This document shows positions 50,499 to 64,000 of a DNA stretch of 64,000 nt, piece after piece. Position numbers and translations under genes: made by a program. The stretch comes from Gemmatimonadales bacterium (lineage in GTDB: Bacteria; Gemmatimonadota; Gemmatimonadetes; Gemmatimonadales; GWC2-71-9), in NCBI GenBank assembly GCA_039794085.1, contig JBDIWC010000008.1:32001-96000 (forward strand). Reading direction: 5' to 3'. How positions within the stretch are numbered: position 1 is the stretch's first letter; every line of letters starts with the position of its first letter. The notes beneath the pieces are model-generated. The model saw nothing but the letters and a program-made list of their open reading frames with translations. It had not been told where the DNA came from and ran no database searches.

Positions 50499-51430
50499 GG
50501 AGCAGGATGGCCCTGGAAGAAGGCGATGGTGCGCTGCAGTCCTTCCTCCAACTGCACCGTGGGCTCCCACCCCAGAATCGTGGACGCGTGGGTGATGTCC
50601 GGCTGCCGCACCGTGGGATCATCGACCGGGAGCGGTTCCTCCCGAATGGGAGAGGACGACCCGGTCAGGCGGAGCACCAGGGCGGCGAGTTCCCGGATGG
50701 TGAACTCGTTGGGGTTCCCGATGTTGGTCGGGTCGACTCGTTCGCTGTGGAAGAGGCGGGTGATCCCGTCCACCAGGTCGCTGACGAAGCAGAAGGACCG
50801 GGTCTGGGAGCCGGAGCCATACATGGTCAGGGGCTCGCCTCGGAGTGCCTGCACGATGAAATTGGACACCACACGACCGTCTTGCTCCCGCATCCGTGGT
50901 CCATAGGTGTTGAAGATCCGGACGATCCGCGTTTCGACACCATGGGCCCGGTGATAGGCCATGGTCATGGCTTCGGCAAACCGCTTGGCTTCGTCATACA
51001 CTCCCCGAGGCCCTACCGGGTTGACGTTGCCCCAATAGGTCTCGGGCTGGGGGTGGACCTTGGGGTCCCCATACACTTCCGAGGTCGAGGCGAGGAGAAA
51101 GCGGGCCCCTGCGGCGCGAGCCAATCCGAGAGCATTGTGGGTACCGAGGCTCCCCACCTTCAGGGTCTGGATCGGGTACCGGAGATAGTCCACCGGGCTC
51201 GCGGGGGAAGCGAAGTGGAGCACTCCATCGAGCGGTTCCGGAACGGTGAGGTGGGTCGTCACATCCTGCTGGATGAGCCGAAACCTGTCATGGCCCGCCA
51301 GGTGGGCGACATTCTCGGGACGTCCGGTCAGAAAGTTGTCCACACCGATGACCGTGTGTCCATCGGCCAGGAAGCGGTCCGTCAAGTGGGATCCGAGGAA
51401 GCCGGCGGCCCCGGTGATGAGGACCCTCAT
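50495..51430 (-). CDS. UDP-glucuronate decarboxylase (UDP-xylose synthase) family
   Basis: [32 protein letters not shown]. Confidence 0.9.
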   Translation of the reverse strand: MRVLITGAAGFLGSHLTDRFLADGHTVIGVDNFLTGRPENVAHLAGHDRFRLIQQDVTTHLTVPEPLDGVLHFASPASPVDYLRYPIQTLKVGSLGTHNALGLARAAGARFLLASTSEVYGDPKVHPQPETYWGNVNPVGPRGVYDEAKRFAEAMTMAYHRAHGVETRIVRIFNTYGPRMREQDGRVVSNFIVQALRGEPLTMYGSGSQTRSFCFVSDLVDGITRLFHSERVDPTNIGNPNEFTIRELAALVLRLTGSSSPIREEPLPVDDPTVRQPDITHASTILGWEPTVQLEEGLQRTIAFFQGHPAP

Positions 51431-52734
51431 GCCCCCCCCCTCCCCACGCCCAGGTATCGAAACCCGTGCCGGGCCATCCGGTCCGGAGAGTAGAGATTGC
51501 GGCCATCCACGATGCAGGGGGTCTCGAGAAGATCGCGGAGGCGCTCGAAGTCGGGGTTCCGATACATCAGCCACTCGGTCACGATCACCAGGGCCGACGC
51601 CCCGCGAGCGGCCTCATACGGATCGGTGTGGTAGGTGATCCGGTCCCCGAAGTGAACGCCAAAGGTGTCCAGGGCCTTGGGGTCGTGCACATGGACGCCT
51701 GCCCCGGCCTCCAGCAGACTCTCCACCAGCGGAATGGCCGGACTCTCCCGCACATCGTCCGTGCCCGCCTTGAAGCTGAGTCCCCACACGGCGACCCGTC
51801 GTCCCGCCAGATCGGGGCCGAGGGCCACCCGCACTTTCCGGAACAGCATGCCCTTCTGGTGCCGGTTGACCGATTCCACCGCTTCCAGGAGGGAGGGGGT
51901 GATGCCCGCCTCTCGCGCCGTTCCGATCAGGGCACGAACGTCCTTCGGAAAGCAGGACCCGCCGTACCCCGGGCCGGGAAAGAGAAAGGAGCTGCCGATA
52001 CGGGAATCGGTGGCCATGCCATGCCGCACCAGGGAGACGTCCGCGCCCACCCGTTCGCAGATCTCCGCCACCTGGTTCATGAAGGAGATCCGGGCGGCCA
52101 ACATCGCATTGGCGGCATACTTGGTGATTTCGGCGGAACAGATGTCCATGAACAGGATCGGATTCCCGGTCCGCACGAACGGAGCATAGAGCTCTCCCAT
52201 GATGTCGCGGGCTTCGTCCGAATCCACCCCGATCACGACACGATCGGGCTTCATGAAATCATCCACCGCCGCCCCCTCCTTCAGAAACTCGGGATTGGAG
52301 CACACGCTGAACGACACATCGGTTTCGGCGGCGATCGCCTCCCGCACGCGGGCGGCGGTGCCGACCGGCACGGTCGACTTGGTGACCACCACGGTCGGTT
52401 CCCGCATGTGGCGGCCGATGGCCCGGGCCACCGCCAGGACGTGCTGCAGGTCGGCCGATCCGTCCTCCTGGGGAGGCGTTCCCACCGCGATGAAGATTAC
52501 CCGGGCGTGGCGGACCGCCAGGCCCACGTCACTGGTGAACCGGAGGCGGCCGTCCGCCAGGTTCTGGCGCACCAGCGGCTCCAGCCCCGGCTCATAGATG
52601 GGAATGTCCCCGGCTGTCAGCCGCGTTACCTTCGCCTCGTCGATGTCGGCGCAGATGACGTCGTTGCCGGTCTCGGCGAAGCACGCCCCGGCCACCAGAC
52701 CAACATATCCCGTTCCCACCACGGCGAGGCGCAT
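51427..52734 (-). CDS. ugd: UDP-glucose 6-dehydrogenase
   Basis: [25 protein letters not shown]. Confidence 0.93.
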   Translation of the reverse strand: MRLAVVGTGYVGLVAGACFAETGNDVICADIDEAKVTRLTAGDIPIYEPGLEPLVRQNLADGRLRFTSDVGLAVRHARVIFIAVGTPPQEDGSADLQHVLAVARAIGRHMREPTVVVTKSTVPVGTAARVREAIAAETDVSFSVCSNPEFLKEGAAVDDFMKPDRVVIGVDSDEARDIMGELYAPFVRTGNPILFMDICSAEITKYAANAMLAARISFMNQVAEICERVGADVSLVRHGMATDSRIGSSFLFPGPGYGGSCFPKDVRALIGTAREAGITPSLLEAVESVNRHQKGMLFRKVRVALGPDLAGRRVAVWGLSFKAGTDDVRESPAIPLVESLLEAGAGVHVHDPKALDTFGVHFGDRITYHTDPYEAARGASALVIVTEWLMYRNPDFERLRDLLETPCIVDGRNLYSPDRMARHGFRYLGVGRGGA

Positions 52735-52738
52735 CCGA

Positions 52739-54025
52739 TCACCGTACCGTCGCGAGGGCGTTCCGGGTGTCGACCACCAGGCGCGCCCGGGTCCGCACCA
52801 GGTCATAGTCGATCGCCGAATGATCGGTGACGATCATCACGCAGTCCGCGGCCGCCAAGGCATCCGCCGTGAGGGGGATCGAGGCCAGATCGTGCCCATC
52901 CTCCCGGAACTGCGGCACATAGGGATCATGGTACTGAACCCGGGCTCCCTGCCCCTCCAGCAGGCGGATGATGTCGAGGGCGGGACTCTCCCGGAGATCC
53001 TCGATGTCCCGCTTGTAGGCCACCCCCAGAATGAGAACCGTGGACCCCCGGACGGGACGGCCTCGGGAGTTGAGGGCATCCCCCACCTTGCGGACCCAGA
53101 ACACCGGCATCTCCGTGTTGACCTCGCCGGCCAGGTCGATGAAGCGGGTTTTGTAGTTGAGGCCCCGCATCTTCCACGCGAGGTAATGCGGATCGATCGG
53201 AATGCAGTGCCCGCCCAGTCCCGGTCCCGGAAGGAACTTCATGAAGCCGAACGGCTTGGTGGCCGCCGCCTCGATGACCTCCCAGACGTTCACGCCGAGC
53301 TTGTCGCACACGATCGCCATCTCGTTGGCGAGGCCGATGTTCACGCTGCGGAAGGTGTTCTCCAGCAGCTTGACGAGTTCCGCGGCCTCGGTGGTCGTCA
53401 CCGGCACCAGCGTGTCGATGGCCGGCTGATAGAGCGCCATGACGACGCGGGTGCAATCCTCGGTGATTCCGCCCACGACCTTGGGCGTGTTCCGCGTTCC
53501 GTACACCGGATTTCCCGGGTCGACGCGTTCGGGAGAAAAGGCGAGAAAGAAATCCTTCCCCACCACCAAGCCGGTGCTCTCGAGGGCGGGCAACAGGATC
53601 TCGCGGGTGGTCCCGGGGTACGTCGTGCTTTCCAGGATCACCGCCTGTCCCCGGCGGAGGATCTTCTTCACCGCGTCGGTCGCCGCGACGATGTAGCTGA
53701 CGTCCGGATCCTTGAACTTGGAGAGAGGAGTGGGGACGCAGATCGACACCACATCGGCCTCCGCCAACCGGGCCGGATCGGTCGTGGCGGAAAATCGGCC
53801 CGCCTTCACCACGGCCTGGAGCGCGGAATCGGAAACATCCTTGACGTGGGAATGTCCCCGGTTGAGGCCCTCCACGACGCCCGGATGGATGTCATACCCC
53901 AGCACCCGATACCCCGCCTGCGCGAGTTCCACCGCCAGGGGAAGCCCCACGTACCCCAGTCCGATGATGCCAAACAGCGCTTCGCGTCGCTCCGCCAGAC
54001 CAACCAGATCATCCGCAACCGACAT
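52739..54025 (-). CDS. UDP-N-acetylglucosamine 6-dehydrogenase, WbpA-like
   Basis: GLGYVGLPLA, SPERVDPG, GGHCIPIDP. Confidence 0.88.
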   Translation of the reverse strand: MSVADDLVGLAERREALFGIIGLGYVGLPLAVELAQAGYRVLGYDIHPGVVEGLNRGHSHVKDVSDSALQAVVKAGRFSATTDPARLAEADVVSICVPTPLSKFKDPDVSYIVAATDAVKKILRRGQAVILESTTYPGTTREILLPALESTGLVVGKDFFLAFSPERVDPGNPVYGTRNTPKVVGGITEDCTRVVMALYQPAIDTLVPVTTTEAAELVKLLENTFRSVNIGLANEMAIVCDKLGVNVWEVIEAAATKPFGFMKFLPGPGLGGHCIPIDPHYLAWKMRGLNYKTRFIDLAGEVNTEMPVFWVRKVGDALNSRGRPVRGSTVLILGVAYKRDIEDLRESPALDIIRLLEGQGARVQYHDPYVPQFREDGHDLASIPLTADALAAADCVMIVTDHSAIDYDLVRTRARLVVDTRNALATVR

Positions 54026-55039
54026 CTAATCTTCCTCCACCTGAACCGGTGAACCATCCTGAGACAACGAACGGGTGGCCGCCTCCAGCACCCGGACGAC
54101 ACGAACGCCATCCGCCGCATCGGCTCGAGCCACCTCCTCACCCCTCACCACCCCGACAAAGTGGCTGAACTGAACCGACAGGGGCTCCACATTCGACACC
54201 CGGGGAATGAAGATGTCCCCCTCCCGGATCGCCAGACTCTCCCCGAAGGACCGATAGTCCGGGGGACGGTCCACCCCCTTGTCATAGATTCGAAGCTTCT
54301 CCCGGGGGGCCATGTCATCGAACACCGCCATCTGCCGGGATCCCACCACCGTGAATCGCCGTTCCTTGTGGGGGTCGAGCCACGACATCTGCGCGTGTGC
54401 CACAGTCCCCGACCGGAAGGTCATGGCCAGGAACACCACATCCTCGATACCGGGCTGCAGGAAGGAACTCCCCTGCGCCGCCACCCGTATCGGCATCTCC
54501 CCCAGCAGGTACAGTGCCACGGACACATCATGCGGGCCAAAACTCCACAGCGCGTTCTCGTCGGGACGAACCTGGCCCAGATTCACCCGCTGGGAATAGA
54601 GATAGTACACGTCACCCAATGTTCCCTCTGCAATGAGGGTCTTGAGACGGTCCACGACAGGGTGGTATTCCAGCAAGTGCCCCACCAAGAGCGGCACCCC
54701 GCTCCGTGAAGCAGTCTCGGCCAACCGCTCGGCATCCGCCACCGTCAGCGCGAACGGCTTCTCCACGAGGGTCGGGATGCCCGCCGCGATCGTCTGCTGC
54801 GCAAGGGGCGCATGGGTTCGGGCGGGAGTGGCCACGATCACCGCCTCCACCACTCCCAGAAGCGCCTCGAGGGACTCGGTGACCATCACCCCGGGATACT
54901 GCCGCTGCAACCGCTCCCGAATCACGGGATCGGTCTCACACACGCCAGCCAGTTCGGCCGCGGGATGGCTCGCCACGGTGCGGACGTGGTTCCGTCCCCA
55001 TGCGCCCGCTCCCACGACCCCCACTCTCACGCGGCTCAC
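54026..55039 (-). CDS. Gfo/Idh/MocA oxidoreductase, WbpB-like
   Basis: GAGAWG, VEKPFA, SFGPHD. Confidence 0.85.
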   Translation of the reverse strand: MSRVRVGVVGAGAWGRNHVRTVASHPAAELAGVCETDPVIRERLQRQYPGVMVTESLEALLGVVEAVIVATPARTHAPLAQQTIAAGIPTLVEKPFALTVADAERLAETASRSGVPLLVGHLLEYHPVVDRLKTLIAEGTLGDVYYLYSQRVNLGQVRPDENALWSFGPHDVSVALYLLGEMPIRVAAQGSSFLQPGIEDVVFLAMTFRSGTVAHAQMSWLDPHKERRFTVVGSRQMAVFDDMAPREKLRIYDKGVDRPPDYRSFGESLAIREGDIFIPRVSNVEPLSVQFSHFVGVVRGEEVARADAADGVRVVRVLEAATRSLSQDGSPVQVEED

Positions 55040-56151
55040 CGGACCGCCTCGGCGAGGGCGTGCACCACGGCCTCGCGCTGATCCGAAGACAGCTCGGGAT
55101 ACACCGGCAGCGACAGCACCTCGGTCATCGCCTGCTCGGTCCGGGGCAGGCTCCCCGCGCGATACCCCAGCTCGGCGAAACAGGGCTGGAGATGCAGGGC
55201 GGTCGGGTAATAGACCGCACACCCGATCCCGGCGGCCCGGAGACGAGCCTGCACCGCGTCCCGATCGCGGACCCGAATGGTGTACTGATGGAAGATGTGC
55301 TCGTTCGCGGGGTCGGTGACCGGGGGCACCACCCCGGGAACCGAGGCCAGGGCGGCGGAATACGCCTCCGCGTGAGCGCGCCGCGCCGCGCTCCAGGAGG
55401 CGAGATGGGGCAGCTTGGCCAGGAGGACCGCCGCCTGCAGGGTGTCGAGGCGGCTGTTGATTCCCACTTCCTCGTGGTGATACTGCTTGGCCCCGCCGTG
55501 AAGCCGGAGACGGCCGAGCCGTTCCGCCAAGCCCAGGTCCTGGGTTACCATCATCCCCCCATCCCCGTAACCACCGAGGTTCTTGCTGGGGAAAAAGGAG
55601 AAGGCCCCGACCCACCCCAGCTCACCCGCCATCCGCCACGTTCCCTGAACCTGGCGCCGGGCCCCGATGGCCTGAGCGGCATCCTCGATGACGGCCACTT
55701 CATGCGCCTGGGCGAGGGGCAGGATGCGCTCCATCGACGCCATTTGACCGAACAGATGGACCACCACGATGGCCCGCGTGCGCGGAGTGATGGCCTGGGC
55801 CACCGCATCGGGGTCGAGATTGAAGGTGTCGGGATCGATGTCCACGAACACCGGCGTGCCGCCGGCGTTGGCGATGGCCCCGGCGGTGGCAAAAAAGGTG
55901 AAGGCCGGGGTGATCACCTCGTCGCCCGGGCGGAGGCCCAAGGCCTTCAGCGGGAGAAGGAGTGCGTCCGTGCCGGAGGCGCAGGCCACGCCGGCTCGTG
56001 CGGCCGACAGTTCGGCAATGCGACGCTCCAGGTCCCCCACCTCGGGTCCCATGATGAACTGCTGACGCTCTATCACCTGCAGGATGCGCGGAACCACGTC
56101 ATCCCGAATCGTCTCGAACTGGGCGCGGAGATCGAGGAGAGGAACGTTCAC
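55036..56151 (-). CDS. DegT/DnrJ/EryC1/StrS aminotransferase, WbpE-like
   Basis: EDAAQAIG, SFFPSKNLGGYGDGG, NSRLDTLQAA. Confidence 0.9.
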   Translation of the reverse strand: MNVPLLDLRAQFETIRDDVVPRILQVIERQQFIMGPEVGDLERRIAELSAARAGVACASGTDALLLPLKALGLRPGDEVITPAFTFFATAGAIANAGGTPVFVDIDPDTFNLDPDAVAQAITPRTRAIVVVHLFGQMASMERILPLAQAHEVAVIEDAAQAIGARRQVQGTWRMAGELGWVGAFSFFPSKNLGGYGDGGMMVTQDLGLAERLGRLRLHGGAKQYHHEEVGINSRLDTLQAAVLLAKLPHLASWSAARRAHAEAYSAALASVPGVVPPVTDPANEHIFHQYTIRVRDRDAVQARLRAAGIGCAVYYPTALHLQPCFAELGYRAGSLPRTEQAMTEVLSLPVYPELSSDQREAVVHALAEAVR

Positions 56152-56275
56152 GGACTCACCATCGGGAGGGGGGGGCACCGGTGCCACAGCGCCCGTCCAG
56201 GAACCGGGGAGAGGCATCCTCAAACGGGCGGCTCGGTATCTCGTAAATCATGGCAAGAGGGAAACTTAACCGCAC

Positions 56276-56872
56276 TCATCCCCGCTCGGCAATCAGGCCA
56301 GGCCCGTCCCCCCCCTCCTCCCGCCGATAGTCGAGACCACACTCGGAGCACCGTCCCCGTCCGGTCTGGTCCACCTCGGGCCCGAGCCGGACCCCACACC
56401 GGCACATCCACCCGATGCGACGAGCCGGCACTCCGACCACCAGGGCGTGAGGGGGGACATCCTGAGCCACCACCGCCCCGGCCCCGACGAAGGCGTATTC
56501 CCCCAGGGTGGTCCCGCAGACGATCGTGGCATTGGCACCGATCGTGGCCCCCCGGCGCACCAGGGTACGCCGGTATTCTCCCCGGCGCGACACATGGCTC
56601 CGGGGGTTCATGACATTGGTGAAGACACAGCTGGGACCGCAGAACACGTCATCCTCCAGTTCCACTCCTTCATAGATGGAGACATTGTTCTGGATCTTGA
56701 CGTTGGCTCCGATGCGGGTTCCGGGCATGACCACCACGTTCTGCCCGAGGTTGCACCGGGGCCCGATGACGGCTCCGGGCATGATGTGGCAGAAGTGCCA
56801 GATCCGGGTTCCCTCGCCGATCTCGGCCCCCTCATCCACATATGCCGACTCGTGCGCTCTGTATGCTGTCAT
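56276..56872 (-). CDS. Hexapeptide N-acetyltransferase, WbpD-like
   Basis: [28 protein letters not shown]. Confidence 0.9.
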   Translation of the reverse strand: MTAYRAHESAYVDEGAEIGEGTRIWHFCHIMPGAVIGPRCNLGQNVVVMPGTRIGANVKIQNNVSIYEGVELEDDVFCGPSCVFTNVMNPRSHVSRRGEYRRTLVRRGATIGANATIVCGTTLGEYAFVGAGAVVAQDVPPHALVVGVPARRIGWMCRCGVRLGPEVDQTGRGRCSECGLDYRREEGGDGPGLIAERG

Positions 56873-57836
56873 CGCGGATCCTCATCCTCCTGAAGGGAAC
56901 CGGGCCGGCCTTGCGCCGTGATCACCCGTACTTCCAGCTCGAGGCGAACCCCGAACCGCTCCCACACCTGCTGTCGCGCCCTGCCGATCAGGGCCACCAC
57001 ATCGTGCGCCGTCCCGCCGCCGGTATTGACGAAATAATTGGCATGCATCCGCGACACCTCGATCGCCCCGCACCGATGTCCCTTGAGCCCGGCCGCCTCG
57101 ATCAACTGGCCCGCCGTCCGTTTTCCGCCCTCGGTTGTATGGGCCGGATTGCGGAACACGCTTCCACAACAGGGCTGATTGAACGGGGTGCCCTCCTGTC
57201 GCCAGGAGAAGAGTTCGGAGACGCGCGCCTCGAGAAGGGCGGGATCCTCCTTGGCCAGAGCTACCTCCGTGTCCACGACGATCGCATCCCCCAATCCGCT
57301 GGTCCGGTAGCCAAACGTCAGATCACGGCGGAGGATCACCTGGTCCTCACCCCGGACCGGATCGATCACCGTCACCGAGTGGACAACCGAAGCCCAGTCC
57401 CCTCCGTGGCATCCCGCGTTCATGTACACGCCACCCCCGACGGTACCGGGGACACCGACCATCATGTGCAGACCGGACCAGCCCGCCGCCGCGGTCCGCC
57501 GGGCTGCCAGCGGAGCGGGGGCACCCGCCCCGAGCCTCCAGAGTCCGGCGGCACCGGGAGTGATCGCATCCATTCCCTTCCCCATCCGAATCACGAGGGC
57601 CGTCATCCCCTCGTCGGGAAGCAGCACGTTGGAGCCGAGCCCGAGAGGGAAAATCCTCACCCCCCGTTCCGTGGCACGCCGCACCGCGACCGCCACGTCC
57701 TCCGGGGTGGCCGGATGCAACACGGTCGCGGGTCCTCCGATGCGGTACGTACTGTATCGCCCGAGCGATGCGACGGACCGCACCTCCCCCCGGACCTCTG
57801 CCTGCAGCGCACGGACGAAGGCGGGGTCCCGCGCGG

Positions 57837-57840
<4 letters not shown>
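56869..57840 (-). CDS. murB: UDP-N-acetylenolpyruvoylglucosamine reductase
   Basis: [38 protein letters not shown]. Confidence 0.95.
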
Positions 57841-63092
<5,252 letters not shown>

Positions 63093-63094
63093 TC

Positions 63095-63289
63095 ATGGCG
63101 CGGATTTGCGAAGTATGCGGCAAGGGCCCGATCACGGGCAATAATGTGAGCCACGCCAACAACCGGACCCGGCGGCGTTGGTATCCCAACCTGCAGAGCT
63201 TTCGGACCATGGTGAATGGCGCCCCGCGCCGGATCCGGGTCTGCACACAGTGCATCAAGGGCGGCAAGGTGGCCAAAGCCGCATCCTGA
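63095..63289 (+). CDS. rpmB: 50S ribosomal protein L28 (Zn-ribbon type)
   Basis: [10 protein letters not shown]...GNNVSHA...PNLQ...VCTQC. Confidence 0.97.
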   Translation: MARICEVCGKGPITGNNVSHANNRTRRRWYPNLQSFRTMVNGAPRRIRVCTQCIKGGKVAKAAS

Positions 63290-63357
63290 CGGGGCGTCCT
63301 CCGGAGCCATCGCACGGTGGCGGCTCGGGGGTCCGGGATTCCGGGACAGTGGCTGTG

Positions 63358-63384
63358 AAAAAGGGGACCGGAAGGTCCCCTTTT
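63358..63384. terminator. Bidirectional intrinsic terminator between rpmB and rplQ
   Basis: AAAAAGGGGACC-GGAA-GGTCCCCTTTT. Confidence 0.9.
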
Positions 63385-63414
63385 CTGCGTTCCGCGGGAA
63401 CCGAGGATCCCCGG

Positions 63415-63771
63415 TCACTCGGAGAGCAACTCGATCCGGGCGGTTTCCGCGCCATCTCCGACCCGGTGCCCGATCTTCAGGATCCGGGTGTAACCACCGG
63501 GCCGGGATGCGAATCGGGGTCCGATCTCGGAAAAGAGCCGGGAGAGGACGTCCCGGTCGTGGATGCGGCGCCCCACCAGTCGCCGGGCATGGAGATCCCC
63601 GCGGCGTGCCAGGGTGATGAGCCGCTCCGCGAACGGACGGAGCTCCTTCGCCTTGGCCGTGGTCGTCACGATGCCCCCATGGGCGAAGAGACTCGTGGCC
63701 AGGTTGTTGAGCAGCGCCTTCTTGTGGCTGCTGGTCCGGGAGAGTTGTCGCCCCTTTACACGATGCCGCAT
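63415..63771 (-). CDS. rplQ: 50S ribosomal protein L17
   Basis: MRHR...TTTAKAKELR...RPGGYTRI. Confidence 0.98.
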   Translation of the reverse strand: MRHRVKGRQLSRTSSHKKALLNNLATSLFAHGGIVTTTAKAKELRPFAERLITLARRGDLHARRLVGRRIHDRDVLSRLFSEIGPRFASRPGGYTRILKIGHRVGDGAETARIELLSE

Positions 63772-63772
63772 G

Positions 63773-64000
63773 TCAGGTGGTCTCCTCGTCGTCCGTCTTC
63801 ACGGTGACGCCCGGCGGGGTACCCGGGTTCACGATGTACAGGGCGTCGTCGGTTTCCTCAAAAACCATTCCGAGATTAAGGCCCTCGGTCGCAAGGAGCT
63901 CGCTGATCTCGGCCATCGCCTTCTCGCCGACATTCTTGACCTTGAGCAGCTCCTCCTCGCGGAACTGCACCAGGTCGCGCAGCACCCGGACATCGGAATT
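63773..64000 (-). CDS. rpoA: RNA polymerase alpha subunit, C-terminal part (runs off the window)
   Basis: DLVQFREEELLKVKNVGEKAMAEI alpha-CTD motif; directly upstream of rplQ. Confidence 0.9.
   Translation of the reverse strand, partial: NSDVRVLRDLVQFREEELLKVKNVGEKAMAEISELLATEGLNLGMVFEETDDALYIVNPGTPPGVTVKTDDEETT

Overview
High-GC bacterial chromosome segment. Gene content and the SecA insertion suggest Gemmatimonadota/FCB, which is an inference. Bases 1-7541 are an integron cassette array of unusual build. It has three tandem, diverged copies of one platform: integron-integrase 3' end, then a sigma70 promoter TTGCGG-N17-TACAAT, then an attI-like site ending GCAGCTCCAATACTT/GTTAGG. Each copy is co-oriented with and heads its own cassette set. 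There are 7 gene-bearing cassettes (8 ORFs), including FRG, TIR, two HEPN-like and an LPO_1073/Vpar_1526-like gene, which points to candidate defence cargo. The array's right boundary GTTAGCA is the stop codon of a convergent acyl-CoA ligase gene. A ~91% identical 3' fragment of that gene closes the first module. The rest (7536-64000) is mostly minus-strand housekeeping DNA: ftsK, comB, accC-pilT-accB, aminopeptidase P, aroQ, acidic TPR proteins, ppiD, tatA, a polyprenyl synthase, hutH, an in-frame TatC-LptD fusion with an internal signal peptide, tol-pal, a TsaP-like LysM gene, ssb, rimI-tsaB-tsaE, uvrB, EVE, rel, radC, secA, nadD, bamD, a nucleotide-sugar cluster with murB and carB embedded, rpmB, rplQ and the end of rpoA. 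I saw no rRNA, tRNA or CRISPR array. Coordinates were read by hand and family calls are by motif recognition, with no database searches.
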